From: Minisyncoccia bacterium
GTDB taxonomy: Bacteria; Patescibacteriota; Minisyncoccia; Phycocordibacterales; UBA5272
Length of the DNA: 64,000 bases
Assembly: GCA_038326985.1 (NCBI GenBank)
Contig: JBBQKQ010000001.1
Location: forward strand, 5,943 to 69,942
Direction: 5' to 3'
Shown here one piece after another: positions 1-7,369 of this stretch (positions within the stretch are counted from its first letter, which is position 1; each line of letters starts with the position of its first letter). A program made the position numbers and the translations under genes. Under the pieces are notes generated by a model, which saw nothing but the letters and a program-made list of their open reading frames with translations, was not told the DNA's origin and made no database searches.

Positions 1-212
1 TTATTTTCCAAATAAGTTTTTAGTTTTAAAGCTAGTTCTTGTGGCGAAATATTTAAATTCTTACTTTCTTGTAAACAAATGTTTGTAGTCAAGTCACCAA
101 ACTGTAATTCTGGAAGCTCGATGTTGATATTTTTAAGTTCAAAGTTAAACTCACTTTTAAAAAACTCTTTTATTTTCTTGGTCAATTCACTTTTGATTTC
201 CAGGATGTTCAT
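1..212 (-). CDS. argS: arginyl-tRNA synthetase, N-terminal part only (gene continues past position 1)
   Basis: Edge ORF, absent from the track. Manual translation from the ATG at 212..210 gives MNILEIKSELTKKIKEFFKSEFNFELKNINIELPELQFGDLTTNICLQESKNLNISPQELALKLKTYLEN... This fits the ArgS N-terminal domain pattern (MNI..., QFGDxxxN, sPxeLA). The frame stays open to the window edge. Confidence 0.65.
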   Translation of the reverse strand, partial: MNILEIKSELTKKIKEFFKSEFNFELKNINIELPELQFGDLTTNICLQESKNLNISPQELALKLKTYLEN

Positions 213-218
213 CTTTAC

Positions 219-227
219 ATTTTACCA
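219..227 (-). promoter_or_regulatory. extended -10 box (TGGTAAAAT) 6 nt upstream of the argS ATG
   Basis: The minus strand reads TGGTAAAAT-GTAAAG-ATG. No purine-rich SD sits between the box and the ATG. Confidence 0.5.
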
Positions 228-249
228 TAAAATATGGTAGATTATATAT

Positions 250-569
250 AGCCCATTCCAAAGTGGAGTGTGGCTCAATCGGGGAAGTCCAAAATGCTCG
301 TCGTCCAAATGCGACCACAATACCATCAGATTTTTCAGTCAATGACTGAAAAGATAAGACCTGTCTGCAACCGCGTATGTGGAAGTGGAGGGTGCCGCAA
401 GGCGGTAGAGAAAAAACGTTGTCCTTCGCCTCCTGGGGAATGTTCAACCTACAGATACCTTGGTCCTAACAATGAGATCAAGCATGTACCCTACAAAGTC
501 GGGGGACAAATAACGATACCAGCACCTGGCTAAACTGAAATGAATACCACTGGAAACGGTGGTGTTTTT
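250..569 (+). ncRNA. rnpB: structured RNA, best guess RNase P RNA (divergent)
   Basis: GC-rich island in an AT-rich context. Both track ORFs here (187..447 -, 270..533 +) translate to Cys/Gly/Arg-rich nonsense. The + strand carries RNase P-like blocks in order. GGGGAAGUCCAAAAUGCUCG compares with GAGGAAAGUCC and with Bacillus-type AAGUCCAUGCUCG. GACCACAAUACC compares with GCCACAGnnAnACC. There is a hairpin at 332-352. GCCGCAAGGCGGUAGAG compares with GAGCAAGGCCAAAUAGG. CCAGCACCUGGCUAAAC compares with ACAGAACCCGGCUUA. AG(U)CCA at 286-291 can pair with UGGCU at 527-531, which would give a P4 helix with the bulged U. A TGgTAGATT box lies at 235-243. An 8-bp stem with a GAAA loop plus U5 lies at 545-569. 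P1/P2 pairing and the CR-IV position could not be resolved by eye. Confidence 0.45.
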
Positions 570-1432
570 CATTTCAATTTTTCATAACTCCCTAAAACTT
601 TTACAAATTTACAAATCTGTCCCAAGTTTTCAATAGCATACTTTACAATCTCATCGTCATATTTACCATCAATATCAACATAAAAATAATAATCCCAAGG
701 AGATTTTGGAATTGGTCTGCTTTCTATTTTTGTTAAATTAATGTCGCGAAGAGAAAAACAAGCTAAAGCTTTAAATAAAAACCCTGTTTTAGCATTTCCT
801 GCAAACAGAATAGAAGTTTTGAATTTTGAATTTGCTGATCCATTTAATTTTATAAAATTTTTACTTATTACTACAAACCTTGTAAAATTATCTTTATCAT
901 CTTGAAAATCAGCTTTTAGCACTAGAAGGCCATAGACTGCGCAAGCTTTTATACTCGAAATAGCAGCTCTACTTTTATCTTTGGTTTCCAAAAGCATTTG
1001 TGCAGCTCCCGCAGTATCAAAATACTCAACCACTTTAACGTCCGGTAAAAACTTTTTAATATTGTGTTCACATTGAGCAAGTGCCTGCCAATGACTATAA
1101 ACCTCTTTTATATCTTTTAATTTAGTTCCTGGTAAAACTAAAAGCTGGTGCTTTACATGCACAATTTCTTCACCAATTATTTTTAAATCATGTTTAGCCA
1201 ATAAGTCGTAATTTTTGTGAATAGATCCTGCAAGAGAATTCTCCACTGGAACTACTCCGTAGTCTAGCTCACCAGATTCTACTTTTTGAAAAATCTCTTC
1301 AAAAGTATTTTGTCCAAAACATTCAAAATTATTTTTATTAATTTTTACAAAATTCTTATTTCCAAAGTTTTCGCTTGCCATTTCACTATATGCACCTGCA
1401 ATTCCTTGGTAACCAATATTAATTTTAGTCAT
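569..1432 (-). CDS. pheA: prephenate dehydratase (PDT domain plus C-terminal ACT domain)
   Basis: 287 aa. Hallmark motifs TRF (NFTRFVVIS) and ESRP (LTKIESRP) are present. Length and domain order are typical. Confidence 0.9.
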   Translation of the reverse strand: MTKINIGYQGIAGAYSEMASENFGNKNFVKINKNNFECFGQNTFEEIFQKVESGELDYGVVPVENSLAGSIHKNYDLLAKHDLKIIGEEIVHVKHQLLVLPGTKLKDIKEVYSHWQALAQCEHNIKKFLPDVKVVEYFDTAGAAQMLLETKDKSRAAISSIKACAVYGLLVLKADFQDDKDNFTRFVVISKNFIKLNGSANSKFKTSILFAGNAKTGFLFKALACFSLRDINLTKIESRPIPKSPWDYYFYVDIDGKYDDEIVKYAIENLGQICKFVKVLGSYEKLK

Positions 1433-1484
1433 CTACTTATTCTAACAAAAATATTGATCAAATGCCAACTTTATTAAAATAAAT

Positions 1485-1626
1485 ATGGCCCCGCGGAGAT
1501 TTCCGCGGGGCACCATGTTAGTGGACATTTGTGTCCACCTAACTTTCCTCTTGCTTTATGACTCCTAACCATATTTTCATCAAATGACCCCACAAGTCTT
1601 CGGGGTAAGTATTAGTGGTTTTTTTG
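1485..1626. ncRNA. GC-rich structured element of unknown class (small RNA on + strand, or 5' leader/attenuator of pheA on - strand)
   Basis: Hairpin 1 at 1485-1516: AUGG-CCCCGCGG-loop-CCGCGGGG-(CA)-CCAU. Hairpin 2 at 1517-1543: GUUAGUGGACA / UGUCCAC(C)UAAC. Hairpin 3 at 1587-1606 (ACCCC...GGGGU) is followed by T7 at 1619-1625. On the minus strand, hairpin 1 is followed by AUAUUUAUUUU and lies 53 nt upstream of the pheA ATG. Confidence 0.35.
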
Positions 1627-1722
1627 CTCATAATTTTTTCTTTCAAGGTGGGGTTAAATATACATTATCATACTATTTGTTATCTGTCTAGTAAGTGGTC
1701 TTTAGAGTTTTTCAAATAACAG

Positions 1723-1749
1723 AAAGCTCTTGTTTTAAACAAGAGCTTT
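1723..1749 (-). terminator. hairpin terminator downstream of rplK
   Basis: 12-bp inverted repeat AAAGCTCTTGTT / AACAAGAGCTTT with a 3-nt loop, 20 nt after the rplK stop, with T/A-rich flanks. Confidence 0.6.
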
Positions 1750-1768
1750 TTAATTTGATTTATAAAAT

Positions 1769-2197
1769 TTAAGCAACCACTTCGAGCCCCATACTTCTTG
1801 CTGATCCAGCAAGAACTTTGGCAGCTTGCTCAACCGTATTAGCATTTAAATCTGACATTTTCATCTCGGCTAGCTTTTTAAGTTGGTCCATACTTATTTT
1901 CCCAGCTTTTATACTTCCTGGTTTTGTAGAACCTTTAGTAAGTCCAAGCTCTTTTAAAATAAGCTCAGTCGCTTGTACTCCACCGGTTTTAAATTCATAA
2001 GACCTGTCTTCAAAAACTTTTATTTTTGCAATTACTTTACTGCCTTTTTTGTCAGCAGTAGCATCATTAAACTTCTTAACGAATTCTGCAATGTTAATAC
2101 CCGCTTGTCCGAGTGCTGGACCTAATGGTGGCGCCGGTGTTGCAGCTCCTGCCATTATTTTTACCTTTATTTGTTTTGTTACTTTCTTTTTTGCCAT
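1769..2197 (-). CDS. rplK: 50S ribosomal protein L11
   Basis: 142 aa. L11 signature AGAATPAPPLGPALGQAGINIAEFVKKFN. Sits downstream of nusG as usual. Confidence 0.97.
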   Translation of the reverse strand: MAKKKVTKQIKVKIMAGAATPAPPLGPALGQAGINIAEFVKKFNDATADKKGSKVIAKIKVFEDRSYEFKTGGVQATELILKELGLTKGSTKPGSIKAGKISMDQLKKLAEMKMSDLNANTVEQAAKVLAGSARSMGLEVVA

Positions 2198-2248
2198 ATA
2201 TTTTTATTGTATTATAACATTTATTTATTAAAATTTCAATCCTTAAAA

Positions 2249-2797
2249 TTAATTTGCTTTTACTTGCAAAAAGTCGAGCTCTACAGGAGTCTCACGACCG
2301 AACATGTTTACATTTACTTTTAATTTTCCTCTTTCTTCATCTACACTTTCTACCTTACCCTCCATACCTTTAAATGGCCCATCAGACACAATTACTTGTT
2401 CTCCAGCTTTAACTTTTATTACATGAGTTGTAGCATCAGTTTTCAGGCGAGAAAAAATGAACTCGATTTCTTTTTGAGTAAGTGGTACTGGGGTTGTTCC
2501 AGCACCTACAAAACCTGTCACACGAGGTGTGTTTCGCACTAGGTACCAAGAGTCCTCATCAGCAATCATGTCTACAAGTACGTACCCTGGGTAAAAATTC
2601 TCCTCCACTTCCACACGCTTGCCATTTTTGATTTTAACTTTCTTTTCCAAAGGGACAAGCACATCGAAAATCTTTACTCCATACATACCCTCACTTTGAG
2701 CTTTTTGTTTAAGATTTCTCTCAACCGCTTTCTCATAGCCAGAGTAAGTTTGAATCGTGTACCATTTTCTTGTAATAACGTTTGTATCTTCTAACAT
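2249..2797 (-). CDS. nusG: transcription termination/antitermination factor NusG
   Basis: 182 aa. NGN domain (WYTIQTYSGYEKAVERNL) and KOW motif (GPFKGMEGKV). secE-nusG-rplK synteny. Confidence 0.95.
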   Translation of the reverse strand: MLEDTNVITRKWYTIQTYSGYEKAVERNLKQKAQSEGMYGVKIFDVLVPLEKKVKIKNGKRVEVEENFYPGYVLVDMIADEDSWYLVRNTPRVTGFVGAGTTPVPLTQKEIEFIFSRLKTDATTHVIKVKAGEQVIVSDGPFKGMEGKVESVDEERGKLKVNVNMFGRETPVELDFLQVKAN

Positions 2798-2801
2798 AAA
2801 T

Positions 2802-3098
2802 TTATTTTACGATAGTATTTGTAGCTGTACTTGTAGCAATATTGATTAAAGTTGTAGTCGCAACTTCTGTCACCTCTTTAATGGCGTGAAATTTACTTGC
2901 AAACTGACTATCACGAAGTAAAGCTATGCCGTCTAAAATTACTTTTCCAAACACAACATCAAGTAGTCCTAAGAATGCAGCCATAACGGCTGTAAAGATT
3001 ATTACGAAAAGCGTGAAGTTTATAACCACATTTTGAGTAGGAAAAGTCGAAAGTCGGAGCTCTTTAAGTACATCTTTTAAATAGTTTTGCAGGTTCAT
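2802..3098 (-). CDS. secE: preprotein translocase subunit SecE (with a C-terminal extension)
   Basis: 98 aa, immediately upstream of nusG. KELRLSTFPTQ is followed by one TM helix (compare SecE KVxWPxxxE plus TM). About 35 extra C-terminal residues. Confidence 0.75.
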   Translation of the reverse strand: MNLQNYLKDVLKELRLSTFPTQNVVINFTLFVIIFTAVMAAFLGLLDVVFGKVILDGIALLRDSQFASKFHAIKEVTEVATTTLINIATSTATNTIVK

Positions 3099-3099
3099 A

Positions 3100-3735
3100 G
3101 TGAGTGCATTATATCATAAAGACAATTATTATGCTAGAATGAAAATCATGATTCATGCCATACACCACCTTGGCTATATAGGAATATTTATAACCATATT
3201 TTTAGAAATTGGACTTATGATTTTCCCACTTCCTGGGGACACTTTACTTTTTACAACAGGTATAATGTCTAACTTAAAAAACGGAGTAGAGATTTTCAAC
3301 TACCCACTACTTATTCTTACGAGTTTCTTTGCTTCAGTAGTAGGAGGTCATTTTGGATATTTTATAGGTACAAAAATCAATCGCGAACAGCTAGTAAATA
3401 ATAAATATTTTAAAATTAATGACGCTCACCTTTTGCGTACAGAAAAATTCTTTGAAACATATGGTGCAGTAGCAATAATATTTTCACGGTTTGTGCCGAT
3501 AGTTAGAAACTTTATTTCGCAAATTTTAGGAATATTAAACTACGACAAAAAAAAGTTTGCCATTTATAACACAATCGCTAGTATAATATGGCCATTTATG
3601 ATTATTACAATTGGTAAGGTTTTTGGTGCCATGTTTCCCAACTTAATAAACTACGCAGAATACGCAATAGCCATAGTTTTAGTTGTACTTTGTTACCCAG
3701 TAATTAAAGAAGTAGTTAAACAAAGAAAGTCTTAA
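3100..3735 (+). CDS. DedA family membrane protein
   Basis: 211 aa, multi-TM. DedA motifs LPGDTLLFTTG and FSRFVPIVRNF. The true start may be an internal Met near 3139. Confidence 0.8.
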   Translation: MSALYHKDNYYARMKIMIHAIHHLGYIGIFITIFLEIGLMIFPLPGDTLLFTTGIMSNLKNGVEIFNYPLLILTSFFASVVGGHFGYFIGTKINREQLVNNKYFKINDAHLLRTEKFFETYGAVAIIFSRFVPIVRNFISQILGILNYDKKKFAIYNTIASIIWPFMIITIGKVFGAMFPNLINYAEYAIAIVLVVLCYPVIKEVVKQRKS

Positions 3736-4504
3736 ATTCTTCAGGTAGCTCAGATTCAATTTTCATTTCCAAGCTAGTTTTTAGGTGTAAAAGTTTTAGA
3801 CTTTTTGCGTGCAACATTAACCTATTTTCCGCATCTTCTTTACCAACATTATCAATTCCGCCATATCCATATTTTTTATCTCCTAAAATCGGTATTCCTA
3901 AAAACTTTGCATGTAAACGTATTTGGTGAGTTCTACCAGTCTTAGGCCAAAATTTTACTTGCACTAAGTTCCTCCCCTTCATTAAGGGGAGGTTAGGTGG
4001 GGTTTGCACTTCATACCTAGTTTCTGCATCTCTTACACTTTTTCTACTCCCTTCTTCACTTTGTAAAACCCAAATTCTGGGATCTTTTTTGTGCCTACTC
4101 AAAGGCTCTCGCACTACTCCCCTCTCCTTCGGAGAGGGGTCGGGGGTGAGGCCAGCAGTTTTTGCATAACATATTGCCAAGTATTCTTTTTCAATACTTC
4201 TTTCACTAAACTGCTTTTGTAAACTCTCAAACACTTCTAAATTTTTTGCAATCAAAATTATGCCACTTGTTTCCCTATCGAGCCTGTTAACTATTCCCCA
4301 TCTATTCTCATATCTTCCACTATCTAAAGTATGTGGATTGCCCACACTTTCAAGATCTGGAAAATTAATTTTTATCCAATCTGTCAAACTTTTTTCATCA
4401 GTACGACCATCATTATGCACTACCAAACCACTTGGCTTGTCGATAGCTAGAAAAAAATCGTCTTCAAATATTATTTTTATGGCCAATTGCTCGACGTCTT
4501 TCAT
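3716..4504 (-). CDS. RluA-family pseudouridine synthase (no S4 domain)
   Basis: 262 aa. Motifs HRLDRETSGIILIAK and GRTHQIRLH. Carries two GC-rich in-frame elements (see repeats at 3971 and 4119). Confidence 0.9.
   Translation of the reverse strand: MKDVEQLAIKIIFEDDFFLAIDKPSGLVVHNDGRTDEKSLTDWIKINFPDLESVGNPHTLDSGRYENRWGIVNRLDRETSGIILIAKNLEVFESLQKQFSERSIEKEYLAICYAKTAGLTPDPSPKERGVVREPLSRHKKDPRIWVLQSEEGSRKSVRDAETRYEVQTPPNLPLMKGRNLVQVKFWPKTGRTHQIRLHAKFLGIPILGDKKYGYGGIDNVGKEDAENRLMLHAKSLKLLHLKTSLEMKIESELPEEFKTFFV
3971..4003 (-). repeat. GC-rich hairpin mini-element, family B, copy 1 (in frame inside the RluA gene)
   Basis: cctcccctt-catt-aaggggagg (9-bp perfect stem) followed by ttaggtggggt. Translated in the host frame as TPPNLPLMKGRN. 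A related copy lies at 37322-37355. Confidence 0.8.
4119..4152 (-). repeat. GC-rich hairpin mini-element, family A, copy 1 (in frame inside the RluA gene)
   Basis: cccctctcc-ttc-ggagagggg (9-bp perfect stem) followed by tcgggggtgaggc. Translated as GLTPDPSPKERGV. A related copy lies at 58964-58996. Confidence 0.8.
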
Positions 4505-4546
4505 AATTAGGTTTACATTCTAACACATTTGGTATAATATAATCAT

Positions 4547-5014
4547 ATGAAAATTCAAACTACAGAGGAAAATAAAATAAGAAGAAATTTTTTAATTAGT
4601 GTTTTTATTAAAGGAGCAATTTCTTTTGCAGAAATTGTAGCAGGATTAATTTTATTTTTTATTCCAATATCTTTTATTATCAACCCACTATTATCTTTTA
4701 GTTTTGTCTCACACTATTTACAAGGAATTATTAATGAACTTACTGCGGCAAGTGGAACATTTATTGCAATTTATTTATTATCACGAGGACTTATTAAGTT
4801 TTTATTAATAATTGCCCTTTTGAAAGATAAGCTTTGGGCATACCCAAGTTCATTAGCAGTGTTAGGATTATTTGTTTTGTATCAAATATATCAAATAATA
4901 ACAACTCATTCAATAGCTATAGTTTTAATAACCATTTTTGATTTGTTTGTTATGTGGAGTATTTGGAGAGAATATATTTTACTAAAAGATAAAAAAGTTT
5001 TTACCAGTTTGTAA
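4547..5014 (+). CDS. small multi-TM membrane protein (DUF2127-like)
   Basis: 155 aa, 4 predicted TM helices. The N-terminal pattern RRNFLISVFIKGAISFAEIVAGL resembles DUF2127 from memory. Unverified. Confidence 0.5.
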   Translation: MKIQTTEENKIRRNFLISVFIKGAISFAEIVAGLILFFIPISFIINPLLSFSFVSHYLQGIINELTAASGTFIAIYLLSRGLIKFLLIIALLKDKLWAYPSSLAVLGLFVLYQIYQIITTHSIAIVLITIFDLFVMWSIWREYILLKDKKVFTSL

Positions 5015-6725
5015 GACGAGCTAAGCCGAGAGCATATTCGAGCCACCAAGTTCCCGCAGAAGGACCTCCATTACAATTACCATCACTTTCACCAGGTGCT
5101 TTAATCCATAAATATGCATCTATTAATGAATCGCCAGTATTGGCAGATGGTTTATTCCCTAAAGATCTTCCACTTGGGTTACACCATTCACCATTTGAGC
5201 CATTCCCATTTCTAGAACTGTCAATTATGAAATGTTTATTTCCCACTCTAGCAGAAATATCTTTTCCATAAACTGTATTTTCATCAGAAGATTGGAAATT
5301 TGATACATTCAAACTAAACCCATCAGCACTTGCTATCCCCGCTTTTTGTAGTCTATCAGACATATCTACTGGTGCTATCCAATTTGCATGACCAGCATCC
5401 AAATAAACATATGCGTTACTTTGTTTTAAAGTTTTTACTGCATAATTTAGCATTGAAAATCTATCATTTTTCATGCTATCCGATAGACAATCTAGTTGAG
5501 AAAGTGAATCTGGCTCAAGAACAACTATTACTCCATTTACATTATCATTTTTAATATTTTGAGCAACCATATTTATCCAGGTTTTGTAAGAATCTACATT
5601 ATTAGATCCCCCACTTGAATAACTTCCACAATCGCGTGACGGAATATTATAAACAACAAATATTGGCATAGCTAAATCCGCCTTTGAGGCTTTCATTACT
5701 TTTTGAATATCTAAGGGTGTACTCCAACCGCCTAGCCAAGTCGCTACTGAGTTGGACGATATTTTTTTCATCAAATTTATGTCAGTAGTATTTGTCATCT
5801 GTGACACTGCTTTTGCAGCACTACTGCTAGGGTTCACATAAAACTTTTTACCAGAAAATATTCCAGAAGTATTAGAAGTATTATTTAATGTTGTTATAAT
5901 TGTAGGCTGAACAATATTTTTTACATAAATTGTCTTATCAATTTTTCCTACCGTATTTCCATTAAGATCTTTTGCTATAAAAGTGAGAATATATGGACCA
6001 TAAGGATTGGTACTTGTACCTCCTCTCCACTTCCAGCCAGACATATCTACTAGCGATTCTTTATGAGGGTAGTCTGTGGCATTGTCAAACATTTCCGAAA
6101 GATTACCATTATCTACCTGCCAGAACATTTTATATTCCGTAACATTTTTTCCATCCACAACTGCTTTAAAAGGTGAAGTCACGTCTAAAATTGCATTATT
6201 TGCAGGCCACCACACATTAATATTTAAATTTAACGGAGTAACGATGGCTGAAACAATAATTGGTTGCGCAACAATAACTGGTTGCGAAACTGCTATTGGT
6301 ATTGGTGTAGATGTAGGCGTATCTACATATATATTTACAGATTTTTCTGAGATGAAATCCCCATTATTATTTTTAGATTTAAAAGTTAGTTTGTAAGAAT
6401 TTGCCCCCTTCCAATTCCAACCCGAAAGGTCTACTGTGGATTCTTTATGAGGATAACCTTCGTATGAAGTTGGCATTACATTTAAAGTGCCCCCATCCAC
6501 TTGCCAAAACATTTGATAATCGTTTATTAAAGTATTTTGTAACATCCCTTTAAAAGGAATATTAGTTGAAGTGTTATTAAAATGAGCACCCTCAAACGGC
6601 CACCAGACTTCTGTGATAGGTACATCTGCTGCATATACAAAACTAAAAGTGTTAATCAACAATACACCTAAAATACTAAATGAAAATTTTACCCACTTAT
6701 TTATTCTGTTGCTAAATTTTGACAT
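5001..6725 (-). CDS. secreted glycoside hydrolase family 6 (cellulase) with two N-terminal copies of an uncharacterised beta-rich domain
   Basis: 574 aa with a signal peptide. Both GH6 signatures are present: FVVYNIPSRDCGSYSSGG and VIVVLEPDSLS. Also DAGHANW and WIKAPGESDG. Residues about 37-135 and 167-269 are tandem repeats (VWWP...Y(Q/K)MFWQVD.G.L...YPHKES.VD.SGW.W). Confidence 0.88.
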   Translation of the reverse strand: MSKFSNRINKWVKFSFSILGVLLINTFSFVYAADVPITEVWWPFEGAHFNNTSTNIPFKGMLQNTLINDYQMFWQVDGGTLNVMPTSYEGYPHKESTVDLSGWNWKGANSYKLTFKSKNNNGDFISEKSVNIYVDTPTSTPIPIAVSQPVIVAQPIIVSAIVTPLNLNINVWWPANNAILDVTSPFKAVVDGKNVTEYKMFWQVDNGNLSEMFDNATDYPHKESLVDMSGWKWRGGTSTNPYGPYILTFIAKDLNGNTVGKIDKTIYVKNIVQPTIITTLNNTSNTSGIFSGKKFYVNPSSSAAKAVSQMTNTTDINLMKKISSNSVATWLGGWSTPLDIQKVMKASKADLAMPIFVVYNIPSRDCGSYSSGGSNNVDSYKTWINMVAQNIKNDNVNGVIVVLEPDSLSQLDCLSDSMKNDRFSMLNYAVKTLKQSNAYVYLDAGHANWIAPVDMSDRLQKAGIASADGFSLNVSNFQSSDENTVYGKDISARVGNKHFIIDSSRNGNGSNGEWCNPSGRSLGNKPSANTGDSLIDAYLWIKAPGESDGNCNGGPSAGTWWLEYALGLARLTNW

Positions 6726-6766
6726 AGTATATTAGTGTAATATACATAATCAAAAATAGCAATGGG

Positions 6767-7366
6767 TTAGTCATTTATTAGCGTTGAGTAAACGACTAGT
6801 CGAGAATTTTTTGTGTTTTCACTTTGAACAAATTTGCCTTCACAAGTAATAAGGTTTAGATTTCTAGAGTGGCTTTCATCAAAAATTTTTTCTAAGGGAG
6901 CATTCTTATAGTTATAGACTTCAATGTTCATTACTTGAAAGTTTTTTATTTCGCCATCAATCGTTTTTACAACTATTCGATCGCCTATATTAAGACGGTG
7001 CAAATTCCTAAAAATTACTCCGAAACCGAATTGGTCAACTTCATGTCCGTCAATTACCGCGTTCCCAATTTCTCCTGGTTTTGGCCCATACTTGTACCAT
7101 CCAGTTTGCATTAAGTTTTTAGGCACATCCATATTACCTGATATTGTTTTACCAACAGGAATAACTTTGGCCTCTAAATTAATTTTTGGAATAGATATAC
7201 TGGTTGGTTCACCAACTATTTCAAAACTATTAGCTTCAATATCTATTTTTTTTTCAACATTATTTATCGGATTTTTGTAAAAATAGAATGATAAATTATT
7301 AATTTGAAAAAATAATACTGTCAGCAAAAGTGCACCACTAATACGTAAAAGAAAAGAATTCCACAT
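6767..7366 (-). CDS. sortase-family transpeptidase
   Basis: 199 aa with an N-terminal TM anchor. Contains His (AVIDGHEV), LITCEG (TLxTC-type Cys) and a downstream Arg (SRLVVYS). Confidence 0.85.
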   Translation of the reverse strand: MWNSFLLRISGALLLTVLFFQINNLSFYFYKNPINNVEKKIDIEANSFEIVGEPTSISIPKINLEAKVIPVGKTISGNMDVPKNLMQTGWYKYGPKPGEIGNAVIDGHEVDQFGFGVIFRNLHRLNIGDRIVVKTIDGEIKNFQVMNIEVYNYKNAPLEKIFDESHSRNLNLITCEGKFVQSENTKNSRLVVYSTLIND

Positions 7367-7369
7367 TTA

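Noticed and set aside
187-533. Track ORFs 187..447 (-) and 270..533 (+)
   Set aside because: They overlap each other inside a GC-rich structured-RNA-like island. Their translations are Cys/Gly/Arg/Pro-rich with no protein-like pattern. They are better explained as an RNA gene.
250-569. tmRNA or T-box leader interpretation of the GC-rich island upstream of argS
   Set aside because: An AAGCAUGUA block recalls tmRNA. However, there is no tRNA-like 3' end (GGUUCGAnUCC...CCACCA), no GGGG 5' end and no plausible tag ORF on either strand. There is also no GGGUGGnACCGCG T-box core, and the only terminator-like hairpin faces the + strand.
1485-1543. T-box riboswitch for pheA
   Set aside because: AACAUGGUGCCCCGCGG and AAGUUAGGUGGACAC loosely resemble the T-box consensus. 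However, the first lies inside the terminator's 5' arm rather than in a 7-nt-bulge antiterminator. No Stem I/specifier features (GA motif, AGAGA, a UUC specifier) were found.
5916-6617. Diversity-generating retroelement (TR/VR) explanation for the repeated WWP/FWQVDG modules
   Set aside because: The copies differ throughout at the protein level rather than at adenine-specific positions. They are ordinary domain duplications, and no reverse transcriptase is nearby.
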